From contig CT868207.1 in NCBI GenBank assembly GCA_000165425.1, positions 558,001 to 622,000 on the forward strand: a stretch of 64,000 nt of DNA. Direction: 5' to 3'. The position numbers and the translations under genes are program-made. The number at the start of each line of letters is the position of its first letter. The first letter of the stretch is position 1. Source of the DNA: Paramecium tetraurelia (Eukaryota). Below, in pieces: positions 35,616 to 49,855 of this stretch. Under the pieces are notes generated by a model. The model searched no databases, was not told the origin of the DNA, and saw only the letters and a program-made list of their open reading frames with translations.

Positions 35616-38600
35616 ATGCTTGAGAAGCTTAGTTAGAAGATAAGCGGCGGTACAACATCAAAAAGTGATGCTTGTGAAATATGTGGAAAACAATTTGATT
35701 GGTACAATTCTTTATCAAGCACTAGGAAAACCAAGTAGAATTAGTGTAAGAGATGCTTTAGAGGTGTTTGTTCAAATTGTAGTCAAGACAAAGCCATTAT
35801 AATTACTCATGATGCAAAAACTCCACATAGAATATGCAAAATTTGTAAGGACGATCAGTAGCAACAAAAATAAATAGTAGAAGGAGAGAATTGCAAAGTT
35901 GGATAATTATCTAATGTAGGTAGAAGATGGGTATCGATAATTTATGGAGACAAGTATTTTTTGATTATAGCTAGAATTGAAATCAAAAAGATTTAAGAAG
36001 AATATTAAAAAGCATTGCCAAGTTTTGTTTCCAATTCTAATTACGAAATTAAATAGTAAATTTAAACTAATCTGTTAAGAATCTTTAAGGAAGTATGAAA
36101 ATTTTTTATATACTTTTTAGAACAGATAATCATTAAATTATTCTTTAGCTGATTGGCATTATCGTTGTTGTGCAAATGAATAAGACAACATACTTGTACA
36201 AAAAATAAGTAATATATTAACATGCTTTTTCTAATCTAAGCCGGTTAGACTCACAAAAGGCTTAGTCTTTTTGACAACTTATATTTTATATTTTTGTGAT
36301 GAGCCTATTTCTTTGAAAGTGTTGTAATTTTTCCATGAAAAAATTATACCTCCAAGAATACAGTATCATAAGTTAGAGTAGGATGAAAGTAAACCAATTC
36401 TAGGCGAAGTTGATCTTTTGCTTGAAATGGTTAATGAATCTAGTAAGATGGAGAAGTCAGTTTAACAAAAAATTAAAGTGATTTTAGAATCCTATTCTAC
36501 TTAAATGTTGACAACATTTATGATCAATTCATTTGAATTTTATCTTGGCTTTTTCATATTTAATTAATTAGTCATCAATCATAATGTAATTTATAAATGA
36601 TTAATGTAGTTCTAAATGAGTGAGAAATTCTTAGCCTACATCTGTCGTGATTAATATAAAGCAATCTAAGAAATAAATGTTGATGAATTTCAGAGATTGA
36701 TTCTTAGAAATATTTAACTAGATAAATTTACTGCTTTCTTATCTCAAGAAGATGAAAAAAAAATTAAATATAGGAATTCCATTGCATAAAAAGAATAATA
36801 ATTATAATAATAATAATAATAAAATAATAAAATTGATGATAAAGAAGTTGAAAAACTGTTTGAAGCTTTGATTTAATTGGTTGATGAAGATCAAAGTAAT
36901 AAATTAGAATCCATGTAAAATGCAAGTAAATTTGATTGGAATAAAACATAAATTAAGGAATTAGTCAAGTCTATTAAAAAAAGAAATTCAGTTTTATAAA
37001 CTTAAACGCATTTAGAAGATTAATTGAAATAATATTAAGAAAAAAGCGCAGAGTAATTATAATAACAACAAATTGGATAAGGATTCATTTAAAGCGAAAT
37101 CGAAGAGAAGAATTAATTGATAAAATAATTATAAGATAAAATTAGATAACAACAATAATTAATATCAAACTATATAGAACAAACTAAATTATTAGAAGAA
37201 ACACATCAATAAAGCATGAAAAGTTAAGAAAGAGAATATTTAAAGATGATTGAAGAATTGAAAAACAATACTATTTTAAAATCTAATAAGGAGAGCTTTT
37301 ATGAAGAAAAAATATCTTCGCTTTAACTAGAGATGGAACGCAAAATAAAAGAGAAAGAAGAATTCATTAAAAGTAAAGAGGAGCAATAAGAAAAAGAGAT
37401 TTACTTAATTTCTGAATAATATGATAAAATTAAAAAGGATTTAGAGAATAAAGATATTCTGTATAAAAAATAATAAAAAGAATAGGAAAATTTATTTGAA
37501 TAATAATTAAGATAAGAATGTTAAAAATATGAGAATACCATAAAGACTTTGGATGAAAAATATCAATATTAAATAGAAAATTTAGAAAAATAAGTAATAG
37601 AGATAAATTAGTAAAAAAATTAAATAGAATTGGAAACCCAAGAAAAGATAAAAAATTTGGAAAATTTACTTAAGAAAAATTAAGAAGAATCTTAAAATTT
37701 ATTGAAACAAAATTTAGAGACCTATGAGGGAAAAATAGAATAAATGCAGATAAAATAATAAAATGAAATAGAAGGCATTCAAAACCGACTTTAAGATTAA
37801 AACTAAAAAGAAAATTAAAATAAAGAAAATATATACCAATAAGAAATAGAATAGATAAATTAAGATTATAAATAATAAATAAATGAAATTAGTTAGAATT
37901 TCAAAGAAATTATATAACGAAAAGATGAAAGTATTAAATAATAAGAATAGAAGATACAAGATTAAGATTCTAAACATTAAGAAAAATTATAATCTGTATT
38001 AGAATAGCATAGATTAGAATTAGAATCAAAAGAACAATCAATAAAATTATTAAAAGAAGAATCAAGTTAATATTTCACACAAGAAATATAACAAAATACA
38101 GAATCGTATGAAAAATAATTAGAATAAAAAGACTAAACATATCAATAAGAAATAAACGAAATTAATTAGAAATTTTAAGAAACTATGTTTTAAAAGGATG
38201 AATTAATCAAATAATAAGAATAGAAAATACAAGAATTAGATTAGCAATATTAAGGATAATTAAAAACTTTAGAAGAATATCATAAAAATAAATTCTAGTA
38301 AAAAGATGAAGAATATTAAAAATAATTAGAATAAAAAGACAAAGATTATAAATAATAAATAAATGAAGTTAACTAGAATTTCAAAGAAGTCCTTGAACAG
38401 AAAAATGAAATTATTAAATAATAAGAGTAGAAGATACACGATATAGAATTAAAACATTAAGAATAATTACAAATTTTAGCAGAATAACATAAAGTAGAAT
38501 TAGAATCAAAAGAATAATCAATAAAATTACTAAAAGAAGAATCAAGTTAATATTTCACCTAAGAATTGTAATAAAAAGATGAAACACATAAAAAATAATT

Positions 38601-41600
38601 AGAATAAAAGGATTAAGATCACAATATATAAATAGATGAAATAAATTAGAAGTTCAAAGAAATTATATCCTAAAAGGATGATTAAATAAAATAATAAGAA
38701 TAGAAAATACTAGATTTAGATTTAAATCAATAATAATAATTAAAATCCTTAGAAGAATAATATAAAAATGAATTATCATAAAAAGATGAGACAAATTAAA
38801 AATCATTAGAATAAAAAGATGAGGAATACAAAGAATAAATAAATGAAATTAATTAAAATTTCAAAGAAATTCTTTAACAAAAAGACGATTCCTTAAAACA
38901 ATAAGAGTTGAAAATACAAGATTTAGATCTGAATCATTAATAAAAATTAAAAACTTTAGAGGAGTAGCATAAAAATTAATTAGAATAAAATGATGAAGCC
39001 TATTCGAAATTATTAGAATAAAAGGATTAGGAGAATATAAAATAAATAAATGAAATTAGTTAAAATTTCAAAGAGATTCTTGAAAAGAAAGATGAAACCA
39101 TGAAATAATTAGAGTACAAAGTAAGTGATTTTGAATTAAAACTTTAAGAATAATAAAAATATTTAGAAGAATAGCATAAGCTAGAATTAGAATCAAAAGA
39201 ATAATCAATACAACTATTAAAAGAAGAATCAAACTAATACTTCACTTAAGAATTGAAATAAAAAGACGAAACACATTAAAAATAACTAGATTAAAAGGAT
39301 TAGGATCATATATAAGTAGTAAATGACATTAGTTATAAATTTAAAGAAGCTATATCTTAAAAAGATGATTAAATAAAATATTAAGAAGAGAAGATTTATA
39401 ATTTGAATTTGAATTATTAGGAATAATTAAAATCCTTACAGGAATAGCATAATAATTTATTATCACAAAAAGATGAGACACATTAAGGATAATTAGAATA
39501 AATAGACTTAGATCATAAATAATAAATAAATGAAATTAGTTAGAATTTTAAAGAAATTATTTAATAGAAAGATGATTCCTTAAAACAATTGGAATAGAAA
39601 ATACAAGATTTAGATTTAAATCATTAAGAATAACTAAAATCCATATTAGATTAGCATAAAGTAGAATTAGAATCAAAAGAATAATCGATAAAGCTATTAA
39701 AAGAAGAATCAAGTTAATATTTCACACAAGAATTATAACAAAAATCAGAATCATATGAAAAATAATTAGAATAAAAAGACTAAGATTATAAATAATAAAT
39801 AAATGAAATTAACTAGAATTTCAAAGAAGTCCTAGAAGAGAAAGAGGAAAATCTTAAATAATAAGAGCAAAAGTTAAATGATATAGAATTAAAAAATTAA
39901 GAATAATTTAAATCCTTAGCTGAATAACATAAAGTAGAATTAGAATCAAAAGAGCAATCAATAAAATTATTAAAAGAAGAATCCAGTTAATATTTCACAT
40001 AAGAATTGCAATAAAAAGATGAAACACATTAAAAATAATTAGAATAAATAGACTAAGATCACAAAAAATAAATAGATGAAATAAATTAGAATTTCAAAGA
40101 AATTATATCCTAAAAAGATGATTAAATAAAATAATCAGAATCGAAAATACTAGATTTAGATTTACATTATTAATAATAATTAAAATCCTTAGAAGAATAA
40201 TATAAAAATGAAATATCATAAAAAGATTAGGACTTAAAATAATAAATAAATGAAATTTAAATTAATTATTAAAATTAAATTTCAAATGTTTCCCAAAAAC
40301 TTTAAGAAGAACTTATTTAAAACGATTAATTAACAAATTAAATTTCATTACTTCAATAGATTTATGACAAGCAATTACTATAAAAAGATGATGAATATAA
40401 AAATCTAATTCTTGAAATAAGTGAAAATCATTTGAGGTAACTATAAAACATTAATCCTTCCTCTTAGGATGATAATAAACAAAATGAATCTAATAATAAC
40501 TAACTTTAATAGTAATTTAATCTATAAATATGTTAAAAAGATGAATAAATCTTAAATTTAACCTTAGAGAATGAGTAATTAAGAGAATAGATTGTAACTG
40601 AAAATAAAGTGACTGCATAATAATAATAGATTTATATCAAAGATGATTTCAATCAGCAATAAGAATAATTATCTAATTAAAATCATAAACTAATTAATGA
40701 AGATAGTAATAATTAAACAAATACTGACTTTTAAATCATAGAAGAAAATTTGAAATCTTTAATAAATGAATAAAATGAATAAATATCTGAATTAAAGCAA
40801 AAAGATTTTGATAATTAAAATATTATAGAATCTCTAAAACAAAATTTTGAATCAAAATAGTAAGAACTATAGAGTAAATATTAAGGTTAAATTGATGCAT
40901 GTATGAAAGATTATGAAGATGAAAAAGATAAAATGTAAAATTAATTTAAACAAGTCCAAAATGATTTGGAAGAAAAATATAAATTGGAAATATTTGAACT
41001 TCTTGAAACTATATCGAAATTAAGATTTTAGATATAAGATATTGAATCTAGTTTGTAAAATACAAATGCTGAATTATTTTCACAGTAGACAAAATTAAAA
41101 TAAATAATTTAATTACAATTTGAAGAATAATTGAAGAAATAGGCATCAGAAAAAGATGAAATCATTTCAAATTTCGAGAAATTAAGATATTAATATAACT
41201 AAACTCTTTAGTTGAACTAACAAAAGGATTCAGAAATATAGGAATAAAAATCATTTATAGAGGATTTGAAGAAGAATATTGATGAAACCAATCAACTATT
41301 ATCTTTAGTAAATTTATAAACTGAGAGCCTAAATCAACATATAATAATTTTAAATAATTAAATATTAAGTTTGAAAAGGAAAAAGTTGATTAAACTGGCT
41401 TAACCTAAAATACTGCAAAAGAGTTGCAAGATAATCTTTTACAATTAAGAAATCAACTAATTCTAAAGGAGAGTGAAATATACTCATTAAGATTGCAATT
41501 TATTGATGCAAATTCTTAAAGGCTTAATTATTTTTATTAAGTATAGAATTATATCAAAGAGATGAAATTAATGTCTGAAAAGCTATAGACTTATGATCAA

Positions 41601-41879
41601 AGCGATGTATAACAAATAACTTCATATTATGAAGAGAAAATTAAATTATTAGATTAATCTTATGAAGAATAGATGAATCGATTGTTTTAATAACTGAAAT
41701 AGAACTAAGATAAAGAGCAAATTGCTTAATCTTAATCATCTTAGCAATCCTAAAAAGGAAATGCTTAATAAGGTGGTTCATCTTAATTAAAGGATACCAA
41801 AATTACAGGTAGAGTTTAAATGCTAGAAATTTAATAGGAATCAAAAAATGAGTAACCAGAAGATTGTACAGTTTTTTGA
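35616..41879 (+). CDS. Large coiled-coil protein with N-terminal FYVE-like Zn finger, degenerate TBC-like region, tandem repeats and C-terminal CaaX
   Basis: CEICGKQF...CKRCFRGVCSNC...RICKIC; ILTCFFQSKP...KGLVFLTTYILYFCDEPISL; about 1500 aa of Q/E/K coiled coil; ends EDCTVF-TGA. One apparent -1 frameshift at about 41374. Confidence 0.8.
37830..40260 (+). repeat. Coding tandem array built from 207-nt (69 aa) and 273-nt (91 aa) units
   Basis: The marker TAGAATCAAAAGA occurs at 38021, 38501, 39188, 39668 and 39941; spacings 480, 687, 480, 273 equal 273 + n x 207. Confidence 0.9.
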
Positions 41880-42274
41880 CCTGATCTAAACGAAAGAATG
41901 AATTATAATATATTAGCAAATGACAAATATAATCTTAAATTTTATAAAATAATTTTATTATTTTTCTAAGAAGTCTTATTTAACTTTATCTAATTCGAAA
42001 AATTACTAATCTTTCTTTGAAATTAAAAAATACTATTCAGATCCTGAAGAAAAATATTAATTCTTGAGGATAATCATATCAAATAAAACCTTTTTTGTAT
42101 CTACAAAATTCACTTATTTGTATCAATTTTATTTTAAAAAGTTATATATTTTTAGATTAAACTCGTAAAACTTATTTTAAAACTGGCATTAAAATAATTC
42201 TTTTTGTAGTGTTAATAATTATTGAACATTAACATAATATAATGATACAAATTAAAAGAATTATTAATTTTCTT

Positions 42275-44076
42275 ATGTAATATTAAAATGAATCTGAACA
42301 ACTAAATCGAAAACAGTAATTACTGAGGAGAGAAATATATGATAAAGGATATGATTGCTAAGCTTTCTAAGATTATATGGAATAACTAAAAGTTAATGGT
42401 ATTATTAACTTATTTAAATTTAGGTGGATAGGATGTAAACATATGGACTTATCAAGAGCTTCAAGAAGCAATAAGTTTATTTTAAACAACAAATCAACCA
42501 TAAATGGAAACCATTGAACTGGATGATGTATCATACAGATAATCAGAATTTGATGATCATGCATAATTCGAAGTGCCTTAGAATTTAGATGAATAATTGC
42601 CATAAGTAAAACAAGAGCAATAATTGCAGAATTAAAAATAATAAAATTAAATAGTATCAAATGGAATGCATGAAGAAATTGTAGCTAAACCATCTGTTGA
42701 TAATGAAAGATTTTATTAAAAAGTCCATTTATGTAAATTATAGGATAAAAAAATGATACTTACTGCTAATGAAATTAATGTATAGATTACAAAATTTGAG
42801 AAAATTCAAGGAGGCTTGTTGTCAGCCTCTTATTATATATATATCATAAATACAGAACCTATTGGTTGGAATGTCTAAAGAAGATATAATGATTTCGTAT
42901 GGCTAAGAGAAGTGCTAAATAAAATGTATCCTGGTAGATATGTATCATATTTTATTAATTGAATAGATTCCCCCATTACCAAAAAAAACTGTATTGAAAA
43001 ATGATCAAGAACTTTACTTAATAAAGAGGATGAAATTTTTAGAGGTAATGTATCTCTTAATTATACTATAGAAATTTCTTTAAGGTTTGTTTCAAATTGA
43101 ATTGATAAGACATGATAAATGGTTTTATGCATTTTTATCAATAAAAGAAGAAAAAGATTTTAAGCAGATATAAAAATTAAGTACTCAATTATCAAGAGTA
43201 ACAAAATTGGAATAAATTATTTCTTTAGACGGATAAGTTTAATTGTAAATTAATGACAATTTAGTGACATATAATCAGGAATCTTCTTCATTAATAAATT
43301 CAATTGATTTAAGTTATAAAAAATTAAGAAAGGAGTCTAAACAATTATTGTTAGACTTTGATCAGCTATCAAATACTATTTACAATATGGGTTAAACCTG
43401 CACTGATCTATATTAGTTTTCAAACAAGTTCAACTAATCAATTTCATAAGGAAAAATTTCTAAATTGGATATTCTTTATATATCAATGAATAATATGTTA
43501 GTTTAATGGGGGAATAATTTAACAGCTTAGATAAAAATCGTTCAAGAGGAGCTGTGTTCCTTTTTCAAATTTCACCATCATTCAATAACCTCCTTAAAAG
43601 AAGTAACTAAATTTATCAAAATAGTTCATTAAATAAAAAGAGTAAGCACAATAGGAGTATGAAAAATTTAAATCAAAATTAGAGTTAAAGAAGCATAAAC
43701 TATTTGCATCATAAGATTTTAATAGATGGGAAGTACCCTCTATATAAATCAAGGCCTTACAGGATAGCAACTTGACTTAAAACAGAGAAGTTTGTTTGGC
43801 TATAATGCTACCTTAAGAAACTACTCTATAGGAAGAACTTAAGAACATTTTTGCCTTTTATAATTATTAATAATTTTCAGAAATTAATAGTCATCTTGAA
43901 AATACAGTAACAGCATTTTCAGAACACTTTATAAAGTTTTGCAGTTTATAAAAAGAAATGCTTGCTGAAGTATTATTATAGATTAAATTAATTAGCAAAA
44001 ATTAGTATGGGACAAGAGCATTGTTAATTTTAATAATTTACACTACCCACAATAAATTATATTAAAGAAAACTTGA
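42275..44076 (+). CDS. Sorting nexin-like protein (PX domain plus BAR-like helical domain)
   Basis: YYIYIINT...VQRRYNDFVWLREVLNKMYPG..IPPLPKK...KRMKFLEKFL; helical C-terminal half; several introns. Confidence 0.9.
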
Positions 44077-44133
44077 TTATATATAAATGATCCATTAATA
44101 TAATATCAAATTTGTTTAAAATTGATATAATTT

Positions 44134-45493
44134 TCAATTCCAAATATCATCATCATTTAAAAAGTGAGTAACCATTTTTAATGATGCAATTGGCAAATTG
44201 TTTGGAGCCATGTGTCCTGCATTATATATTGTGGCATAATAGAAATTTTTATATTTTTTAATTGTTCCTGCTGTTTCTTCTACATCAAAGTCTTCTCTCT
44301 TGGCTTTAAATGAGTATTTTGTTTATTTTTTCCATTCATAAATATCTTTCCACTCCAATTAATTCAAGACATAATTTATAGAAGGAGTATTGCAAATAAT
44401 ATCTCTTGATCCTTGATATATCATAACTTTGTATCCTTGATTTAAAAGAAATTCTACATTAGTCTTTTGTGTAACTGAAATATCAACTTCAAAATTTTTT
44501 TCAACTTCAGGATTGCATGGTTAATAGATTAGATCATCTGGAGCACCAAATTATTTTCTGTGCTGATTAATGAATTCTGTGAACAAATCTTCGCCAAAAC
44601 CTTCATTTAAATAATCTTAATAATCATAGGGACTTATTTATCCTGTGAATTTTGTGAGAATATAAAATATTCCTGCGAATCCATCAAAAGTGGATTTCAA
44701 GTATTATCCATTTAAGACATCGGCTTATGCTTTAGCCATTTAATTTTCAGTAAAGGTTTTCTTCTGTTCATTGAAAATACCTAGAGAATAAAGCATTGGT
44801 GCATAACTTTGGTATTATAAGAAAGCATCTGTCCAACCATTTCCAATAGCAACACCTTAAAAATTCATCTCTAAGTTTGATTTTGCTAATGCAGCTCCAA
44901 CTGCTGGAACATAGTGACCGCCATAACTAACACCAAAGACATAGAATTTAGTTTGTTTAAATTGTGGCCTTTATTAAAAAAATATTCTAAAGAACTCCAC
45001 CAGGTACAATCCAGCTAAATCTGAACTTCCAACATTTCGATGTGGGTTTGAATAACTCAGTCCTACTTCAAAAGGTTAATCAATAAAAATAACATGAGCT
45101 ACTTTGTTCCAAGTGTTTAATCCTTTTTTGACTGAGTAATCTTTGTCTCCTTTTTTATAAGCATGATATGGCCCAACATTTTGGAAAATATGCATTAAGG
45201 ATGCGCATCCTGGTCCACCATTCAACCATAAGATAAAATTATCATCCTTTTTAACATCAGACAATTTTGAAATGCCTTCCTTCAAAAACAAATGATAAAA
45301 GAATTAATTGTTTCCATTTTCTAGGTCATTTACACCTACATATCCAGTTTCGGAATAAAAATCTGTTAAGGGTTCTAATTGTTTGTAGAAATCTTAAATA
45401 TAAATTTATTTTCATACTTGTTTAATCTATGAAGGTGAAGGATTACTACGATATGGCTATTAGTAGTGCCAAGATAATAAAATTTTTTCTCAT
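44134..45493 (-). CDS. Serine carboxypeptidase, family S10
   Basis: Signal peptide; LWLNGGPGCAS, WNKVAHVIFIDQP.EVGLS, FGVSYGGHYVP, IGNGWTD, YQGSRDIICN, NAGHMAP (Ser/Asp/His triad present). Confidence 0.95.
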
Positions 45494-45627
45494 CTTATAG
45501 ATTAATTATTAAATTATATTTCGATGACTTCATCGTTTTTAGAATAAATAAAGAAATCGATCATTGAATATGTCATATTGTGCAATTTTATTTTAACAAC
45601 TTTTACTTTATTAATTAAATTATATAA

Positions 45628-46485
45628 TCAAATGCTTAAGATCAATTTTTAATAAGTACTTCCATATATATCACTTTAAACTAGTATGTTATTTTCCTTA
45701 TCCAAACTATAAAAACAGCCATTCTGAGGCATTGTTTTCAAGATTGTACAGGATTGATAATCAAATAGCTTGATTTCGACATAATTAATGATTAGTATTA
45801 CTCTATCATTAAAGCAAAATAAAGCATCCATAAATTCACCCTCCAATTAAAGTACTCTTAAAGTTTTTTATTTATTTAAACTAATGATCTTTATTTTATC
45901 ATCTATTTATACCAGGATCTATTCATTTTTCATCAAATTTTATTTAACTCCACATATCTCTTAAACTTTTGATAGCACCCTATTAGTATGATAGAAAAGT
46001 TTTCTATTTTCCAAATTATAAAAACATATGTTTCCATCGGAACTTATGGTTGTAAGAAATTTTTAGTTATGAAATAATAGCTAATGCTAGATTTTTCCTT
46101 TCAACTAATTAATTTGATGGATCACTTAAAAGGTCTCCAAATTCCAAATAAATATCATTTCATCATGACTACAAGAAATTAACTTCTTCCCTTTTTCAAA
46201 AAATATCAAGCCTTTTATTCTATTAAAATGTGCAGGAAGGCTTTGAAATATTTTGATGATTTCATATTTATGAACTTGTAAAATCAAAATTGAATTATCC
46301 CCTTAATTTACAGCTATTTTAAAAGAAGCCTGATCAAAAGCTAATTCTTAAACACATAAATCTGTTTAAGAATATTTCATTTTAGCATTAGTTTATTCAT
46401 CGTAAAGTAAAATCTCATTTTCATAACATACAATAATAAATTGATTTGATTAGGAGATGTAAGTCATTTCAGGTTAACAATCCAT
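45628..46485 (-). CDS. Divergent WD40 beta-propeller protein
   Basis: AHFNRIKGLIF...LISCSHDEMIFIWN, LTTISSDGNICFYN, IKLFDY; intronless. Confidence 0.8.
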
Positions 46486-47111
46486 TTTTTATTAAAATAA
46501 TAAATATAAAGTAATTCAAAATAAGAGGACCTTTATCAAAATTAAACTTTACAAATAATTATTATATATACACAAGAAGCTCTGTCTCTCAATTAATTTG
46601 ACTAATACTAATCTTTAAATTAAGGTATCGTTTTGAAATCCATTATTTAATATTGTTGAGGTTTAGATAGATTCTAATAGAATTAAATCAATTAATAGAG
46701 AATTATTCTTAAGTGCAAGGAAAATCGTATGGTTAAGATAATTAGTGCAGTTTTATAAAAATAATTTTAGCAAAACAATTACAAATTAAATTATTATAAA
46801 AAAAACAAACCTCTGTTAAAAAAAAGAGTAGATATAAAAAAAAAATATAATTACGAAAAAGGTATCTAATTAATCGATATTTACATAGATTGTACTATAT
46901 TAAAATAAATTAGGGCATAAAAATAAAGAAAAAAAAAGATAAAATCAAAAAATTAAAATAAAGGATTAAAATACGAGATAGATTGTAAATTAATCTAACT
47001 CTTATTCTTATGCTTAACTGTTATCAAAATTAATAAATTTTAACAATTCTTTCTTTTTAATTTATTATAAAATTGCAATTATTTAGTTATGAATTGTATA
47101 TTGATGATATA

Positions 47112-48016
47112 TCATTATTTCTTAGGCAACAACCCTACATATACACTTCTATAAAATTCGGAAGCCAAGGAAGCTCCAGAAAAAGGTCCGAAAATGTAAA
47201 TCCATATGTTAATTAATCTATCCCAATTGCCATCTTATAAAGACTCAAAGATTCCCAAACCTACACCCATAGCTGGATTTAAACACCCTTTTATAATAGT
47301 AAAATTAACCTCCAGTGTGATATGTCAGAATTCTTCCAAAGTATAAAGCAGTGGCAATTATTCCTATACCAATTAGATTATTATCTGTCAATTAAGTTTA
47401 TGGATGAACCTAGATGTGTATAAATAAGCAAAAGATGAAAGTTCCAAGAGCCTAGATAATCTATAAAGAGTGTTACTTCTCCACAAAAGTCGGCTATCAT
47501 CCATTCTATGGGTTAGGTTGCTATGTATGGTGATGTAACTCTGCCAACAATAACAAATGCTGCCAAAGCTCCAGCTATTGCTCCACCTACTTAAGCTGCC
47601 CAATAGACTCTCATTGTGAAAGCGCTGATTTCATTAGAACTATAGAAGGACATTGAGACAGCTGGATTTACATGTCCCCCTGTGATTTTACCAATCAAAA
47701 ATATTGCACCAAATAGATAAACACTTAGCATTACATCATTTCCTCTTGAGCATACAATTCCATATGCAAAAAATGCTGTTCCTAAAGCTTCCCAGATTAA
47801 GATTCTTATTAATTCACTGTAGGGTTTGTCATCGATTGTGTTTTTTAATCTTGTTTCCAAAATTTCAATCTTTTTCAATAATTCTTCCTTTTATGGATCT
47901 TTGGATTCGAATTATTCTTCTGATGGTGGAGGACTCTATTACTTTTATTTTTGATATTGTTAAGCATATGATTGAGGCTCATCTTCAATGTGTTACAATA
48001 GCTTCTCTTATGACAT
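47112..48016 (-). CDS. Aquaporin / major intrinsic protein
   Basis: EALGTAFF, ITGGHVNPAVS, YWAAQVGGA, HTGGCLNPAMGVG, WIYIFGPFSG; one intron just before the second NPA. Confidence 0.95.
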
Positions 48017-48055
48017 TTTATTAATAAATAAATTATTTATTGTTAAAATTATAAC

Positions 48056-49855
48056 TCAAATCATGGTTTTAATATTTTCTGTGTCCAATTACTTTTATTC
48101 TCTGTTAGAATATTCTTCAATTTACTTTTCATCTTAATCACTTAATTTTTGATATAATCTCTTTCTGCATATTAATAGAGTAATAAATAATATCAAGATC
48201 ATTGATACTAAAATTATTACAACTAAAATAAAATAGGATTAATGTTCTTCATACATCAAAACGCTAACTCCTTCAAAACTGAAATTTGCCTATACTTAAC
48301 AATATTTAAATTGATTTTAAACTTAATCTTTTAATGATGGACAAACAGTAGAATTTAAAGTTAGCGAATAATACTATTGTTATTTGTGTAAATGATTACT
48401 TCTATTTTAGGTTCGAAAGCAGTGCAAAGTACCCAAGGAGGTATTAATCTGATTCTAAACAAACTCACTTCATTCTCTGAAATGCCAACCAAGAAGGTTT
48501 CTGTATAGGTCAAGTTTACTTTGCTCAATATTCCATCTTCAAAGGCTTTCCCATTGAACAATTATTATTTCCAAGGAGGATTCAATTCATCCACTTAGAT
48601 CAAATCAATATCAGAGAAATAAAATTATTCATGTTAAGCATCAAAATCTTTGTAAACAGAGTGATATATAACTTAATGCAAGCGATCAGAACCAACGAAT
48701 AAAACAAACAAATTTCCAACGTAAACGTCATATACATCCTATCCAAATTAATGAATTTAATTGAAGTAATATTATTCCAGTTTAAAATCAATAAATATCT
48801 CTAATGCATATTATAATGAGTCTTCAGTTTGAGCTAAAATGAACATGGTGTTTCTGTGAAAATCAAATGTATCTCCTCCTTTAATATAAATATACATATT
48901 GTTCTCTGAGAAAGATTAGGTTTATTTATTGAAATTATAGATATGAACTCCCAATCGTTCATTTAGAATGAAGAGATAATTGGAAGTTTCATCCATTTTG
49001 GCTTACTTTAAGTTTGTTAATCCGTTGGGTAATATATTTGTAATTAATTCTAAATCTCCATTCGGATTCATTTTATAGACATCAACTCCTGCTGTTGGAT
49101 AAGTTATAAATAACAATTCATTTTCATCACTGAAAAATATGTGATTGATTGTTTCATTTTTCAGATTGAATAATTTAGAAATTGAAACCATGTTTTCACT
49201 ACAATAATTTACATAACTTACTCGATTTAATTATAGGAGAATTATAAAACTCCGTGCTCACTTATTATAAAACAAAAAATTTGTCCTCCTTATTTCAAGT
49301 ATTGACTACACAACAGTTCCGAGTTTAGTAATTAAGACTTTCCATTTATATTATCAAACTCCTTCTTCAATTCCACTATTTAATACTATGTAAAGTCTAT
49401 AATATCATAATTTTATTTATCGTAATCTATCTTCATGATAAACAATTTAAAATCACTCCTCAAAATAAATACAAAATAATTTGCAGCATAAACTGAAGTG
49501 ATTATTCCTTGAAGGGTTTCAGGGGTTTCAAATGGCAGACGAGGAGTTGTATTAAATAATTGTTATTATGCTATCTTTCTTGAGTATGGATGGCATCCTT
49601 AACTGAAATTGCCATCTATTGATTATGCTAAAGGAATCTCATTATTGCCTCCCGATTTCAATGACATAGAGTATGTGCCATAATAACTAATTATTCTTAA
49701 TAATACTTAGCATATTGAAATAAAATGGACTAGTTTAAATTAGCCATGTAATTGTAATCTTATATGGTTTCTTTTATGACATCTGTTTTTGGATTGAGAA
49801 ATCTGCTTGATTTAGCACCCGATGCAGAACACACCAGAAAAATAATATAAATCAT
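48056..49855 (-). CDS. Single-pass type I membrane protein with a beta-rich (propeller-like) ectodomain
   Basis: Signal peptide MIYIIFLVCSASG; repeats such as LFITYPTAGVDVY and LFILNERLGVHIY; C-terminal TM FILVVIILVSMILIFIIL and a short tail. Confidence 0.75.

Noticed and set aside
37830..40260. Regularly recurring ~60-nt conserved block that could suggest a CRISPR array
   Set aside because: The intervening sequences are themselves homologous, all units are multiples of 3 in one open frame, and there are no cas genes.
46490..47110. A-rich ~600-bp spacer with a loose inverted repeat; possible retained IES or ncRNA
   Set aside because: TA-bounded IES ends cannot be told from background without germline/somatic comparison, and the pairing is weak.
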